Assembly (NCBI RefSeq): GCF_006345805.1
Contig: NC_043018.1
Span: 28,272,001-28,336,000, forward strand
Direction: 5' to 3'
Length of the DNA: 64,000 nucleotides
From: Octopus sinensis
Taxonomy: Eukaryota
The translations under genes were made by a program, and so were the position numbers. Each line of letters begins with the position of its first letter. Position 1 is the first letter of the stretch. Below, one piece after another: positions 1 to 11,478 of this stretch. The notes below the pieces were generated by a model that did not search any database, was not told the origin of the DNA, and saw nothing but the letters and a program-made list of their open reading frames with translations.

Positions 1-400
1 AAACGTCTGCGGGAGGACATTCGCAGGAAGCGACCGAATGTGTGGAGCACGAAGAATTGCATTCTTCACTACGACAATGCACTCTGTCAACGAACTCTCC
101 ACAATCGTGAGTTTTTGTCCTAAAAGAACATGTTATTGCTTCCGCATCCACCCTATTCGCCAAATTGTGCACCTGCGGTCTTCCATCTTTTCTCCAAGAT
201 GAAAATGCAGCTCAAAGATCGCCATTTTAGCATCGTTGTCGAGATGCTCAGCGAATCGCAGAAGGTTGTCGACTCATTTACAGAAAACGACTTCCAAGCC
301 AGATTCCAAAAGTAGCAGGAACGCTGGGACTGGTGTACTCCTGCGCAAGGTGACTATGTCGAAGTAGATGATGTTAAAATTTAGGTAAACAAGTTAACTT
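1..400 (+). mobile_element. Mariner-family transposase C-terminal remnant (pseudogenised)
   Basis: Translates ...ILHYDNA...LLPHPPYSPNCAPAVFHLFSKMK..., matching mariner HDNA and HPPYSPDLAPxD(F/Y)xLF motifs; in-frame stops; 3' end matches 38550-38680. Confidence 0.9.
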
Positions 401-414
401 TTATTAAAGGGAAA

Positions 415-690
415 GTTTACGAAAATAAACAAAAGACGAAGGCAGGTGGTGTACAAACAAACAAATGTATTAGTATAGCGTTCAGGAATAGAAAAAGTCT
501 TTTACGTTTCGAGCCTACGCTCTTCGACAGAAAGATACACAGAAAAAAAAACAAGGAGAGAAATAAGGAGAGAAAAAAATGCATGTAGTGGCTAACGATC
601 TATCATGGCGTCTGACATCAGACAGAAAGGTCAACCGCGAGAGTGACAGTAGGGGAGATAACAGGGTCAAGTGACTCTCAATAACTTCTC
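415..690 (-). mobile_element. Short dispersed repeat family B carrying a hammerhead-like motif (probable PLE terminal repeat)
   Basis: Homologous to 23590-23800 and 30300-30545; motif CTTT-CTGTCGA-A-GAGC-GTAG-GCTC-GAAACGTA-AAAG at 499-534 (-). Confidence 0.75.
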
Positions 691-965
691 CTTGAACTTT
701 GTGATACCAACTCACGCATGTTACTCACTAGCTTCTAAATTCACTAACCATTTAAATGTATTCATTGTTTTTTCTCCTGTTTCTATTTTGTCTGGGGAGA
801 GTCATTCTCTTCTAGCACCTCGTTAATTCAACACACACACTGGTCAGATTTCCACTCATTCACTTATTATTTCTTACTAAAATTTACGTTGCGACTTCCA
901 AACTTTTCAATAGTCATTGATTCTGTCCGTTATCGGAATTGCGTTCTTTTTTATACGCATGCGTA

Positions 966-972
966 TACATAC

Positions 973-1003
<31 letters not shown>

Positions 1004-1130
1004 TGTATGTATGTATGTATGTATGTATGTATGTTTGCATGTATGCATGTATGTATGTATGTATGTATGTATGTATGTATGTATGTATGTATGTATGTGT
1101 ATACATGTGTGTGTATGCATACATATATAA
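966..1130. repeat. (TATG)n microsatellite
   Basis: Direct reading; explains the YVCM/HTYI pseudo-ORFs. Confidence 0.97.
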
Positions 1131-1889
1131 GTGTGTGCTCTGCATGTATATGTGTACGTCATGTATATATATATATGTATGCATGTGTACATGATTGTAT
1201 CTATGTATTCTGTACATCCTGTTTCCTTTTTATCTATATTCAAGCTGTGTATCAAAGAACACTGTTGCTCAGATGTTGCATGTATAAGCTTGTGCGAATT
1301 TATAAACTAAATAAGATTTTTTTTGACTTTCTACTTTTTTCTGTATAGGTATATTTTTTCTGCAAAATAGATATATTTTTTTCTGTAAAATAGACATATA
1401 TATATAATCTAATTGGAAGTTGTCTACAAATCTAATAATGAATATTACGAAACAAAGATAAAGCCAGATTGAAATAATCCAAAATTTTCTGGTTTTTTGG
1501 GTGTCATTGCATGGTATAGCTGCAACTTCTTTAACAAAGCAGACGATGAAAATAAATATATTAACCCTTCCACTTCTCATTGATATACACATTTCCACTT
1601 CTCATTGATATTCACATTTTATTCTATATCATGGATTCAAACATTGGCATCAGGATAGCGTAAATCAAACCCAGTCCACGACTAGTACTTTAATTTATCA
1701 AACCGAGGGGATGAGAGGCTAAGTCTACCTGAACTGAAAACGTAAAGAACCGGAGGAGGAAATACCTGTATAATTTTGTTTGATATTCGAACGACTTTAC
1801 CTCTAATGTGGATTTGCAATTTAAAGATGAACATGTGACCTTTTCATTAAGCCATGACGTAACTTATAAGTTAATGAAGGTGCGTGGCT

Positions 1890-1989
1890 NNNNNNNNNNN
1901 NNNNNNNNNNNNNNNNNNNNNNNNNNNNNNNNNNNNNNNNNNNNNNNNNNNNNNNNNNNNNNNNNNNNNNNNNNNNNNNNNNNNNNNNN
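1890..1989. other. Assembly gap (100 N)
   Basis: Run of N. Confidence 1.
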
Positions 1990-2220
1990 TGACGAAGAAA
2001 TGTAAATCTCCCCTTCATTCCCATTGCAAAATCGCAATTACTAACTGTTTTTTAGGATAATATTCCAATTTCGTTTCAGGTGTAGTCCCACTGCCCCGCA
2101 CTTTCGACACGTGTTCTCTATCGATAGGCTTGAGGGCATTAATATCTTATGAGGGAATTTAGTAAAAAGAAACGGTGCGGAGCCCCTTGTTTATATGAAT
2201 GTATATATATACATACATAT

Positions 2221-2420
2221 TTTCTTTTTTTGCTTTAATCATTTGCCTGCGGCCATGCTGGTGCACCGCCTTTAGTCGAGCACATCGACTCAGGGTCTTA
2301 TTGTTTGTAAGCCTAGTACTTACTCTATCGGTTTCTTTTGCCGAACCGCTAGATTACGCGCAGGTAAACACACCAACATCGGTTATCAAGTGATGGTGGG
2401 GGACAAACTCAGACACATAC
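2221..2420 (-). mobile_element. SINE family A, 3' half
   Basis: Matches the tail of full copies (GCGGCCATGCTGG-GCACCGCCTTTAGTCGAGC...GCCGAACCGCT). Confidence 0.85.
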
Positions 2421-2444
2421 ACAATTGTATACATACATACATAC

Positions 2445-2476
<32 letters not shown>

Positions 2477-2523
2477 ATGTATATATATATGTATATATGT
2501 ATATATGTAAATATATATGTATG

Positions 2524-2560
<37 letters not shown>

Positions 2561-2609
2561 AATAAGCAACAAGAATAACTCCGGTAATTTCGTACGATCG
2601 TTTCGCATT

Positions 2610-3040
2610 ACATCATTTTATTAAATGTTGTAAGTATTACATCAGTTTTGAAATGCTGAGCACTCATCAGATATGAACAATTAGATATGAACAAAAGTGA
2701 TTGGGAAAATGACGTTCTAGATCGGAACAAGTGGAAAGGTGCTGTGCGGACTGGTTGCAATGCCGAGGAGGAAAAGATGATTCGGCACTCTGAACTTGAA
2801 AGGGCTTGTCGCAAAGGGTCAATTAGAACTGTAATCAAAAGTGAATGTTGGATATGTATTATATGTGACTGTGTTCTGTTGTCAAATGCTGGATACGTGA
2901 ATCATATGAAGTAAAATCGTAATGCCAAGACAGATAAGGATCTTGGACACCAACCGCCACTTACAACTTGTGTCATATGTCACAAAACTTGTAAGACAAT
3001 ATCTGGACTTACAAGTCATCAACGGAATGATTGTGCTGCA
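2610..3040 (+). mobile_element. RTE-clade LINE ORF2 3' remnant
   Basis: WENDVLDRNKWKGAVRTG, followed by CxxC...H clusters (WICIICDCVLLSNAGYVNHMK; TCVICHKTCKTISGLTSHQR) typical of RTE C-termini. Confidence 0.7.
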
Positions 3041-3318
3041 TGATGGCGTGTGGTGTGTGTGTTGATGGGGCAGCTATCATCTCTCATGATGAAGCAACCA
3101 TATATATATATATATAAATATATATAATATATATGATTTTATTTATCTAAAAGTCACAATACATGTATTAAAGCGCTACTAATGGTTTCATGTGTTGAGA
3201 GAACTCAGAAATATTCTTAAGGAGCAAATATGTCATAACGAACTAAAGAAATTGAATAATAAAACAAACGCGAAAAAAACGAGAAAGCAGCATATAGTTC
3301 GTTATGAGATGTGGTTTA

Positions 3319-3369
3319 CGCCTGATGAATATGTTAGAGTTCTCTCAAAGTATGAAACTATTAGTAGTG
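3319..3369 (+). ncRNA. Type I hammerhead ribozyme candidate
   Basis: CGC-CTGATGA-ATAT(17 nt)GTAT-GAA-ACT(ATT)AGT-A-GTG: full core; helix I 3 bp, II 4 bp, III 3 bp. Confidence 0.6.
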
Positions 3370-3450
3370 CTTTAATATATGTATTGTGACGTTTAAATAA
3401 ATAATATTTATCTCTCACCAGATGGAAAACATTTTTTGTTGAACTTTCGA

Positions 3451-3488
<38 letters not shown>

Positions 3489-3742
3489 TACCGTCATCTC
3501 TGCTTCTTCCTCTTTTGTTATCTATCTAATTAAAGGTACACCAGCAAAAAACATTGTTATTATATCCATTTTCTTCTCCGATATAACCTATAACTCCGGT
3601 TTACCAACCGAACCACCTGCTCCATACATCTTACAAAAGGCTGTACCTACGCATGTAATAGCCAGGTGCAACTCTGGATTAATTATGCCTTAGAGGTATT
3701 AAACCACTCTAAATAATACCTGTACTATATATATATATATAT

Positions 3743-3778
<36 letters not shown>

Positions 3779-3784
3779 GTTAAT

Positions 3785-3970
3785 CCAAACATGAAACACA
3801 CAACGCGAGGGCGTGGAAGAAGTATAGTGTTATTGGACGCTCAGGAAGGAAGGGAAGAAGGAGGGTTTAACGTTTTGAGCGGAGCTCTTAGTCAGAAATG
3901 TAGGAAAAGGAAAGATCCAAAGAAGAGAAGACGGAGGAAACGAATCGCCAACGGTACACACGCGGTCACA
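3785..3970 (-). mobile_element. Short dispersed repeat family A with a degenerate hammerhead motif
   Basis: Homologous to 12870-13040, 19965-20095, 23430-23590 and 42040-42175; motif at 3865-3899 has G8->U and G12->A. Confidence 0.75.
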
Positions 3971-4670
3971 TATGTATATATATATATTATTGTGGGATAG
4001 GCTGCATTGCACAACTGGTTGTTGGTTGGAACATAATTTTCTATGCAGACATTTTTACAAGTTGACCTGCTGTAGGATCGAACAAGAATAACAGGTCTGT
4101 GAAAAAGAATTCACAAGCAGATGATTGCGCCAACGTGTAGCTACGAGCAGAAATAAACACTGTGAAAAACACCATACAACCGTAAGAACACAAATTAGAA
4201 AGTGGAATATGAAAAATACACACACACAAAAAAAAAAAAATGTCATTATAATATGATTAAAACTTATAAAGTTATATAAAGTTTACGAAGTTTGTGAGAT
4301 AATACGATTAAAGAAATAAACAAAAAATTAGAAGAAAAAAAACTGAGAAAATATTGAAAATTTTTGTCGAAGTGAAATTTGTTAAATATTTAAAGCATTG
4401 CAAGAGAATAATGAAAATATATATATATATACATATACAAGAAGTGAATAAATAAAAATTAATGACATTAATATTAATAAAGAAAGTTATTTATAAAAAA
4501 TTGTAAGAACAACAGTCGTTGTCTCGTTTTTGCTTTTTATTTACCGTTTCTATAGTAATAAGACAATAGCAACTCAAACAGGCAACATACATGCATGCAC
4601 ACATACAAAACCTACATATAATTACACACAGACATATATAACATCACGAAAGCGTGCACCTGTGTATATA

Positions 4671-4717
<47 letters not shown>

Positions 4718-4793
4718 GAATATATATTTCTTTATATGTGGGTGTATAAACATACATGCAAACACACATGCGCACATATATACATATAGATAT

Positions 4794-4826
<33 letters not shown>

Positions 4827-4889
4827 TCTTTCTAATTTCACAGCGCAGAGCTGCGGCCATGCTGATGCATCGCCGTTTTGCTACACTGT

Positions 4890-5215
4890 TATTACTAGGA
4901 GCCTCCTCTAATATGTGGCACTTAGTGAAGAATGGAGTTTGATATAGCTACCCTCATTTGCACCTCTTGCCGTAAGGTAGGTTCATCTGGGACTCTCGAC
5001 AGGAAGAGGTCCAGCTTTGATTAAAAAACCCTACATCTACTTTGTGAAAGTTCCTCAGACTCTTTGGGAGTGTATGAAAAAGCTGTGGTCCCTGGAAACC
5101 CAGGCTGTTGCAGTAACTCGTCCTGAAACGTGATGGCATTGCTGGGATCTTTGGCACTATGCAGTGTCGTCCCGTTCTGGCACTGGTGTAGCTTTCATTG
5201 AGAAAGGTCCACGTA
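4890..5215 (-). mobile_element. CR1-like LINE ORF2 3' remnant
   Basis: ...RFRTSYCNSLGFQGPQLFHTLPKSLRN..VDV.FF; same C-terminal pattern as the LINE at 39-41.7 kb (GPALFNI.P). Confidence 0.65.
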
Positions 5216-5405
5216 AAACCACTTGAGAACTGGCGAAAGAACTTCAAGTTAGCCTGAAAACTGTCCTCATATATCTGCATGCAATCGAAGAGTCAAACAA
5301 ACTTGACAAAGTAGTACCACACGATTTGAAAGAAAATCAGAAAATGCGCAGAAATCAAATTTGCTCGTCGCTCCTTCTCCGTAACCAGGACAAGCCGTTC
5401 TTCAG
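5215..5405 (+). mobile_element. Mariner transposase N-terminal (HTH) remnant
   Basis: ELAKELQVSLKTVLIYLHAI...LDKVVPHDLKENQK..R..ICSSLLLRNQDKPF (WVPHEL-type motif). Confidence 0.85.
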
Positions 5406-5479
5406 AATGCGTTCAAATGAATTTTCCACCGTCTAGGCTTAAAAAAGTCCTTATCGTTTGTTTCTCCTCGTCCTGTTTT

Positions 5480-5915
5480 TACTATTTTTATCTTTATTTG
5501 TATTGCGTTTACTGTCCTGTTCTTGTCACCTTTTGTTACCCCTCTGCAAAATTTTTTTATTAAATTTGATTTGCGGGAAGGATTGTTTCAAAGTAGTCGG
5601 GTCCTGTCGTTACCTTCGAAACACGCAATAAGTCGAAACAGGAGCAGCTGAAGAAGGGGAATGTTCCTTGTGTTGTATGTCTTGTACTCTGTTTTTTCGT
5701 TGTTAAAAAAAAGTCCGTTTCCTTATTTTGTTTTTATGTTTTCGTTTCTCGTTGTGTTCTAAGTATTTTGTGTGGTGTCCTGCACCCATATATGCGTGTA
5801 TATATACATATAGATGTAGGTCTGTACATATATGTATGTATGTATGCATATGTTTTATTTATTAAATTATTATATGATTGAACGCCACGCGTCTTCTACC
5901 AAGTAAGTTTTATTT
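5480..5915 (+). mobile_element. Dispersed repeat family E (about 450 bp) containing a rearranged hammerhead-like motif
   Basis: Aligns along its length with the reverse complement of 25318-25800. Confidence 0.8.
5583..5659 (+). ncRNA. Non-circularly permuted hammerhead candidate, copy 1
   Basis: CGGGT-C-CTGTCG-tta-CCTTC-GAA-ACACG...GAGCAG-CTGAAGA-A-GGGG; GUC triplet at 5601-5603. Confidence 0.55.
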
Positions 5916-5948
<33 letters not shown>

Positions 5949-6077
5949 AGCCCACGTGTATACCGACACTTATACATATACATATATACATATACACACA
6001 CATACATTCATATATTCACACACACATATATACACACGTATTTTAATGGTTATCAAAGAATGTATGTATGTTTACAT

Positions 6078-6118
<41 letters not shown>

Positions 6119-6151
6119 TACACACATACATATATACATACATATATAAAT

Positions 6152-6182
<31 letters not shown>

Positions 6183-6188
6183 CATAGA

Positions 6189-6997
6189 CTAGCAGCATAG
6201 CCCGGCGTTGCCCGGGTATGTAAGAACCCCTAGTAGGCAACGACTAATCCCAATCTAGTCCTTTCCCTCTAGGGAACGAAGGTGCATGTGTAGGTTGCAA
6301 TGTCTTCTCTTCACTCGAATACTTCTGTGTATACGATGTTCCTAGCTGTCCCTTTGGGCGAAAACTCCTAAGAGAGTTAAAAAGGTCGAGTTGCGTCCCC
6401 TAGACAGTCTGTGGTTTGTGTTTAATACACAAATCGGTTTGCTATGTGTGCCACATATGATTTAATTAACCGATTTTTTCCAGTAATAAAGTATCCTTTT
6501 GGAATAAAAAGGGCCATATAGCTCCTTGGAGCAGACATGATGCTCGCTGTGAATTCTCAAAAAATTTCCTGCCAATTTGTGAAAGATATTGTCGAAAATA
6601 TGTCATCTTCAATTTGAACGCGATTTCCCAAAATGGCATGATTTTATCGATTCTTTCTGATGGTAAGGTACTGCATGGAAAACTAACGTCAGAATTAAGT
6701 TTCTTAGGGTAACATTAAGCTTCACCATGAGTTTGGTGAAAATCGTGCGAAAACTACAACAGAAAATGTGTTGCATATAAGAAGCTTAGATTCTCGACCC
6801 CATGTCGAATTTATCGATTTTTTTCAGAACTGGGGGAACTGTTCTAAATTTTCGCTGCGTTAGTTTTGAATTATGACATTGGGCTATGTGTGTCAAGTTT
6901 CATCAGAATCGGTTGAAAGCCGTGGTCAGGGTGAGGGTACAACCTGACAGACACACAGACACACAGACAGACAAACTGCCGTTTATATATAGAGAGA
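6189..6997 (-). mobile_element. Non-autonomous Helitron with both termini
   Basis: On the minus strand: A|TCTCTCTATATATAAAC...CCCGGGCAACGCCGGG-ctatgctg-CTAG|T (5' TC, subterminal hairpin, 3' CTAG, AT target). Confidence 0.85.
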
Positions 6998-7329
6998 TAT
7001 ACACATATTGGTGATTATCAAAGACTGTATATCTGTTCAAAGGTTATTAGATGGTTACTGAGAATATGTAAAGGGGTTACATATATTATGAGTAATTTAT
7101 TGAAGTAACTATCTGGGAAGAAGCCAAATATGTTAGCGGAATTAAAGCTTCGAAGTGTTTATGTAAATTGTTAAGTGAGAGGCACATGTGAGTGTCAAAC
7201 AATTATTAATGTTATATATTATATCATATAGTATAACTATGCTATTAAATCATAGAATTAAATCATAGAATACTTAAATAATAATTAAATAATAGAATAT
7301 ATGATTTAATTATATATTTATTAATTACT

Positions 7330-8070
7330 TAAATTTAGAGAACACATCTTTTCCTGCGTGAATACAAGAAATATTTTTCTCTTTTCGTCAGTTTAGTAAG
7401 TGTTTTAAATGTCTCTCCTATGCACAAATTGAATTTCTTGTTATTAATTTTGTAAGCCTTTGCGAAAGCAAGATTATCCCATTTAATTTCAAATCAAAAG
7501 TTATTCTTCAATTCCCATATAAACATCCTTAGTCCGGTGGGGTATTTTTTGTTGATCTTTAAAAGTCTGGAGATCGTTAGCCCCGCGGGTCTTTGCTTTA
7601 GGTTCGCTTGAACCAATATTAGAATATTTTTTCCAGAGTTGTAACAATATATTGATAAACTATATTTCTCTTACATGAATTCTTAAATTTACAACTAGTT
7701 TTAACTTGGCAGTCACAATTTTCATGAACGTTTTTTGTGTGTGTGTTTATTGGTTGTTATAACCGTTATTCTTAAAGTTGGTGGAGTTTGGGAGATTTGG
7801 TTTAAGTTTAGAAGAATGAGTAGAATTATTGTCATGGATGTTTCTATTGGCGTAGAATTTATTTAATATTCTGTTGTTAATTGATGATATAATTGTAAAT
7901 AAATTAGGAGTTAGGCCAAAACCAATGTGGACAATTTTGTAGTTTATAATTTCGTTGTATTTATTATCGATTTTAAAATCTATATGTATGAACAACAATT
8001 TCCATAAAGCAGGTAAGCAAGATTCTGCGATACACTTTCGGAAGAGCCAAGATAAAACAGATGACAACCC
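7330..8070 (-). mobile_element. Penelope-like element ORF remnant (post-RT linker plus GIY-YIG endonuclease)
   Basis: ...TPNLFTIISSINNRILN...NCDCQVKTSCKFKNSCKRNIVYQYIVTT..IGSSE...FIWELK...IKWD...AY...NLCIGE, matching the PLE CxC/VYQ/YIG/IWxLK/CxLCLxEK pattern, with frameshifts. Confidence 0.7.
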
Positions 8071-8611
8071 AGGACCCTACTTCTGAAGAACAATGACTAG
8101 AATACCACCAGGTCCGGTTGTTGCTTTATATGGATCCAACCGTGCCACTATGGCCGCAACATTAGCAGAAGTAATATGACAACTATATAACAATTTATCA
8201 GTTTTGAGAAAAACATCGGGAATTGTATGATCAGAGTCATTGAAAATACAGTGAGAACTAAACGGTTAAGCAAAGAGCTCTGCTTTATTATTAGATGTTG
8301 TCAAGACCTCAGTCCGTTGAATAACGGAGGAATACAAGACTTATTTTTACATGTAACGCTTTTATTTATTGTCCAGGAGTCACGAGAGTGTCCGTTCTGG
8401 GGTGATATACGAACCTGAATGTGCTGATCGTAGTCTGATTTAATATCACGAATAACAGCCCTAGTTATTGCCAGCATTGGGGAAAAGCTGTTTATTCACT
8501 ACAGAATTATCTCGCTGACACTGGTGGAAAAATGATTACGATGGTCGATAGAAGCAGCACAAGGAGGAGAAAACCAGAATGAGGAATGAGGTTTCAGCTG
8601 GTATTTGCGAC

Positions 8612-8812
8612 ATGGCGAGCTGACAGAAACGTTAGCACGCCGGGCGAAATGTGCAGCCGTATTTCGTCTGCCGTTACGTACTGAGTTCAAATTCTATCGA
8701 GGTCGACTTTGCCTTTTATCCCTTTTGGGGTCGATTAAATAAGTACCAGTTACGCACTGGGGTTGATATAATCGACTTAATCCGTTTGTCCCCTCTATGT
8801 TTAGCCCCTTGG
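8612..8812 (+). mobile_element. tRNA-derived SINE family B
   Basis: Head GGCGAGCTGACAGAAACGTTAG...GAGTTCAAATTC (A/B-box-like) and central GTCGACTTTGCCTTT.ATCC.TT.GGGGTCGAT; many copies in the window. Confidence 0.9.
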
Positions 8813-8829
8813 TATGAGGGTGTATTTGA

Positions 8830-9360
8830 GAGAGGGTATGAGGTTTAGCAAAAATGTTTCTCAAAGAAACGTCAGGACGAAGGTCCTGAAAATTGTCACA
8901 GGCACCACGATCATAGCTGAATAGAGCACAAGGAATTGGGGAATAATTTAGAGAAACATTAACTGAAACAACAGCATGATTAGATCCCTTGAGTGGAGAA
9001 TCATGACATACCTTACAGATATCAGGATTTGATGCCAAGAAGTGATCAAAGAGGGAGGAAGATTGGTCATAGGGATCACGAATGCTAGTATGAAAGTCAG
9101 CGAGGTGTGAGTAATTGAGAAAGTGCAAAATTATACACTTCAATGCCAGATGCAATAGTGCTATGAGAAAACTTGGAATTATCAAAGAAAATATATTCGC
9201 AGAATTATATAGTAAGGGAGCTTTATCGGAGCTGTAAGAAACAGATTGTATAACACAACAATTTTGAGTAGATAACAGAGAACGATATAGAAAGAACAAG
9301 TAGGTAGTTGAGTGAAGAAGAGTAAGTCGAAAACACATGAAAGACTGTCAGCATGAATTT
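8830..9360 (-). mobile_element. LINE (CR1/L2 group) APE endonuclease remnant
   Basis: TSIRDPYDQSSSLFDHFLASNPD...SPLKGSNHAVVSV matches the APE C-terminal LDL/SDH motifs. Confidence 0.65.
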
Positions 9361-9362
9361 CT

Positions 9363-9394
<32 letters not shown>

Positions 9395-9398
9395 TATA

Positions 9399-9508
9399 TA
9401 TATGAGGGGGAATTATTTTACCATTATGTGGAAACACTTATGCTAGAAGAAGAGATCTTCTTCTAGCGTAAGGGTTTTCACATAGTGGTGAAAAAATTCC
9501 CACTTATA
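9399..9508. repeat. About 110-bp palindromic foldback (MITE-like)
   Basis: Arms of about 50 bp centred on CTAGAAGAAG-AGAT-CTTCTTCTAG; flanked by TA. Confidence 0.85.
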
Positions 9509-9664
9509 TTTATGTATGAAATACTATTTACTGAATCTCAGCTTGTTTATTTGCTAGACCAGTGGTGTTAAACTTGATGTTATTTAATTAATATCCAATT
9601 TTTCACCCTCATTTTGATTACACACGCACGCACACACACACACACACGCACGCACACACACACA

Positions 9665-9717
<53 letters not shown>

Positions 9718-9759
9718 AGTATTCGCTCATTAGATGGTCCTTAGACCACTGAAATAAAA

Positions 9760-10090
9760 TGGACGCCAGACAGAAATCAATAGGTGACAATATACTTTAG
9801 ATTAGAAGACTGAAGGTGATATTGAAGAGGAAAAGTAAACAGTGGAAGCGAATTCCAAAGTGCAGCAGTGCAAAGGAAGAAACTGGTACTGTAAAGTGCT
9901 TGGCGACACTTAAGAGGTTGCACAGTATGCTGATGAGAACTAGATGCAAGTCTAGTTGATTGCTGATAAATTCTTAAAGGAAGAACCAGAGAAGAGAGCT
10001 CTGCTGAACAATGTCCAGAAAAATACTTATTAAGAGACTAGGAAGCCACACGACGACGATGAGAGTGAATCCAATTTAGAAGATAATCAC
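9760..10090 (-). mobile_element. LINE (CR1/L2 group) ORF2 3' remnant
   Basis: RRRVAS...TRLASSSH...LWNSLP pattern with stops. Confidence 0.7.
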
Positions 10091-11006
10091 TTATAGGTGT
10101 GTGTGCGTGTATATATATATATATATATATGTATATAAATATATGTGTATGTATATGAACGTGTATATAGGTATATTTATATGTACACACATATAAATTT
10201 TTATAGTATAAATTACATTTCATAAATGAATATTTTATTCTTTTTATTAACTATAAATTAACCTTAATTATATTTATCTTTCCTCATTGAATTCGATTTT
10301 AACATTATTTATTATTCTTGTTTTATTTATTTTATTTCATCATATTCTATTCAATCTGTAAACCCTGCACCTCAGCCTATAATAATACAAATTAGAAACC
10401 GTAATATTTAGTCCGCTGTAATGAATTGATAGGTCCGCATATAACATCTCAAGGTACATCTTGTTTATCCGATGAAGTTATGCTCATGTCACATAAATGC
10501 AAATTTAATATACCAATTTGTAATTGAATTATTGAATATTAATTGAAACGGCTGTTAGAAGCGAAGATGACCAATTTGTTAATAATAAATAACTTTCTTA
10601 TCTCCATTTTCATTTCTTTTCTTATTATAATTCGATATAAACTAAATACATGTAGACACACACATACACACACACATATATATATAGATACATAGATAGA
10701 GAGATAGATAGATAGAGAGAGAGATAGAGAGAGAGAATTAGATAGATATTTGTTAGTAATAAATGATTGTTAACTTCCTTATATCCATTTTTCTTCTTCT
10801 ATCTAAATGCTTAATAAATACCTATTGTTTTAAGGGAATTTCACTCCCTAACAGTACTAGGTATTGAACCAGCATTTACCTTGGAAGCAACCATTCCTTC
10901 ACGAGGTTAATATAACCTCTAATTAAATTTATATACATACATATATACCTACCTACCTACCTACCTACATACATACATACGTACATACATACATACATAC
11001 ATACAT

Positions 11007-11052
<46 letters not shown>

Positions 11053-11064
11053 ATGTATGAATAC

Positions 11065-11478
11065 CTTTACTCTTTTGCTCTTTTACTTGTTTCAGTCATT
11101 TGACTGGGGCCATGCTGGAGCACCAGCTTTAGTCGAGCAAATCGACCCCAGGACTTATTCTTTGTAAGCCTAGTACTTATTCTATCGGTCTCTTTTTGCC
11201 GAACCGCTGAGTTACGGAGACATAAACACACCCGCATCGGTTGTCAAGCAATGCTAGGGGGACAAACACAGACACACAAACACAGACACACAAACACATA
11301 CACACACATAAATATGTATACATATATACGACGGGTTTCTTTCAGTTTCCGTCTACCAAATCCACTCACAAGGCTTTAGTCGGCCCGAGGCTATAGTAGA
11401 AGACACTTGTTCAAGGTGCCACGTAGTGGGACTGAACCCGGAACCATGTGGTTTGTAAGCAATCTACTTACCACACAG
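11065..11478 (-). mobile_element. tRNA-derived SINE family A, full length
   Basis: Head AGGAGTGGCTGTGTGG...GGTTCCGGGTTCAGTCCC, CORE-like CCTTG..CAAGTGTCTT, internal CA/TA tract, tail ending AACAAGTAAAAGAG. Confidence 0.92.

Noticed and set aside
889-1348. ORFs rich in YVCM/HTYI/IYIY (and the many similar ones across the window)
   Set aside because: Translations of (TATG)n, (TA)n and (CA)n microsatellites; open in several frames at once
9932-9965. CTGATGA-G-AACTAG...CTAGTT hammerhead-like start
   Set aside because: Followed by GATT, not GAAA; lies antisense in a LINE coding remnant
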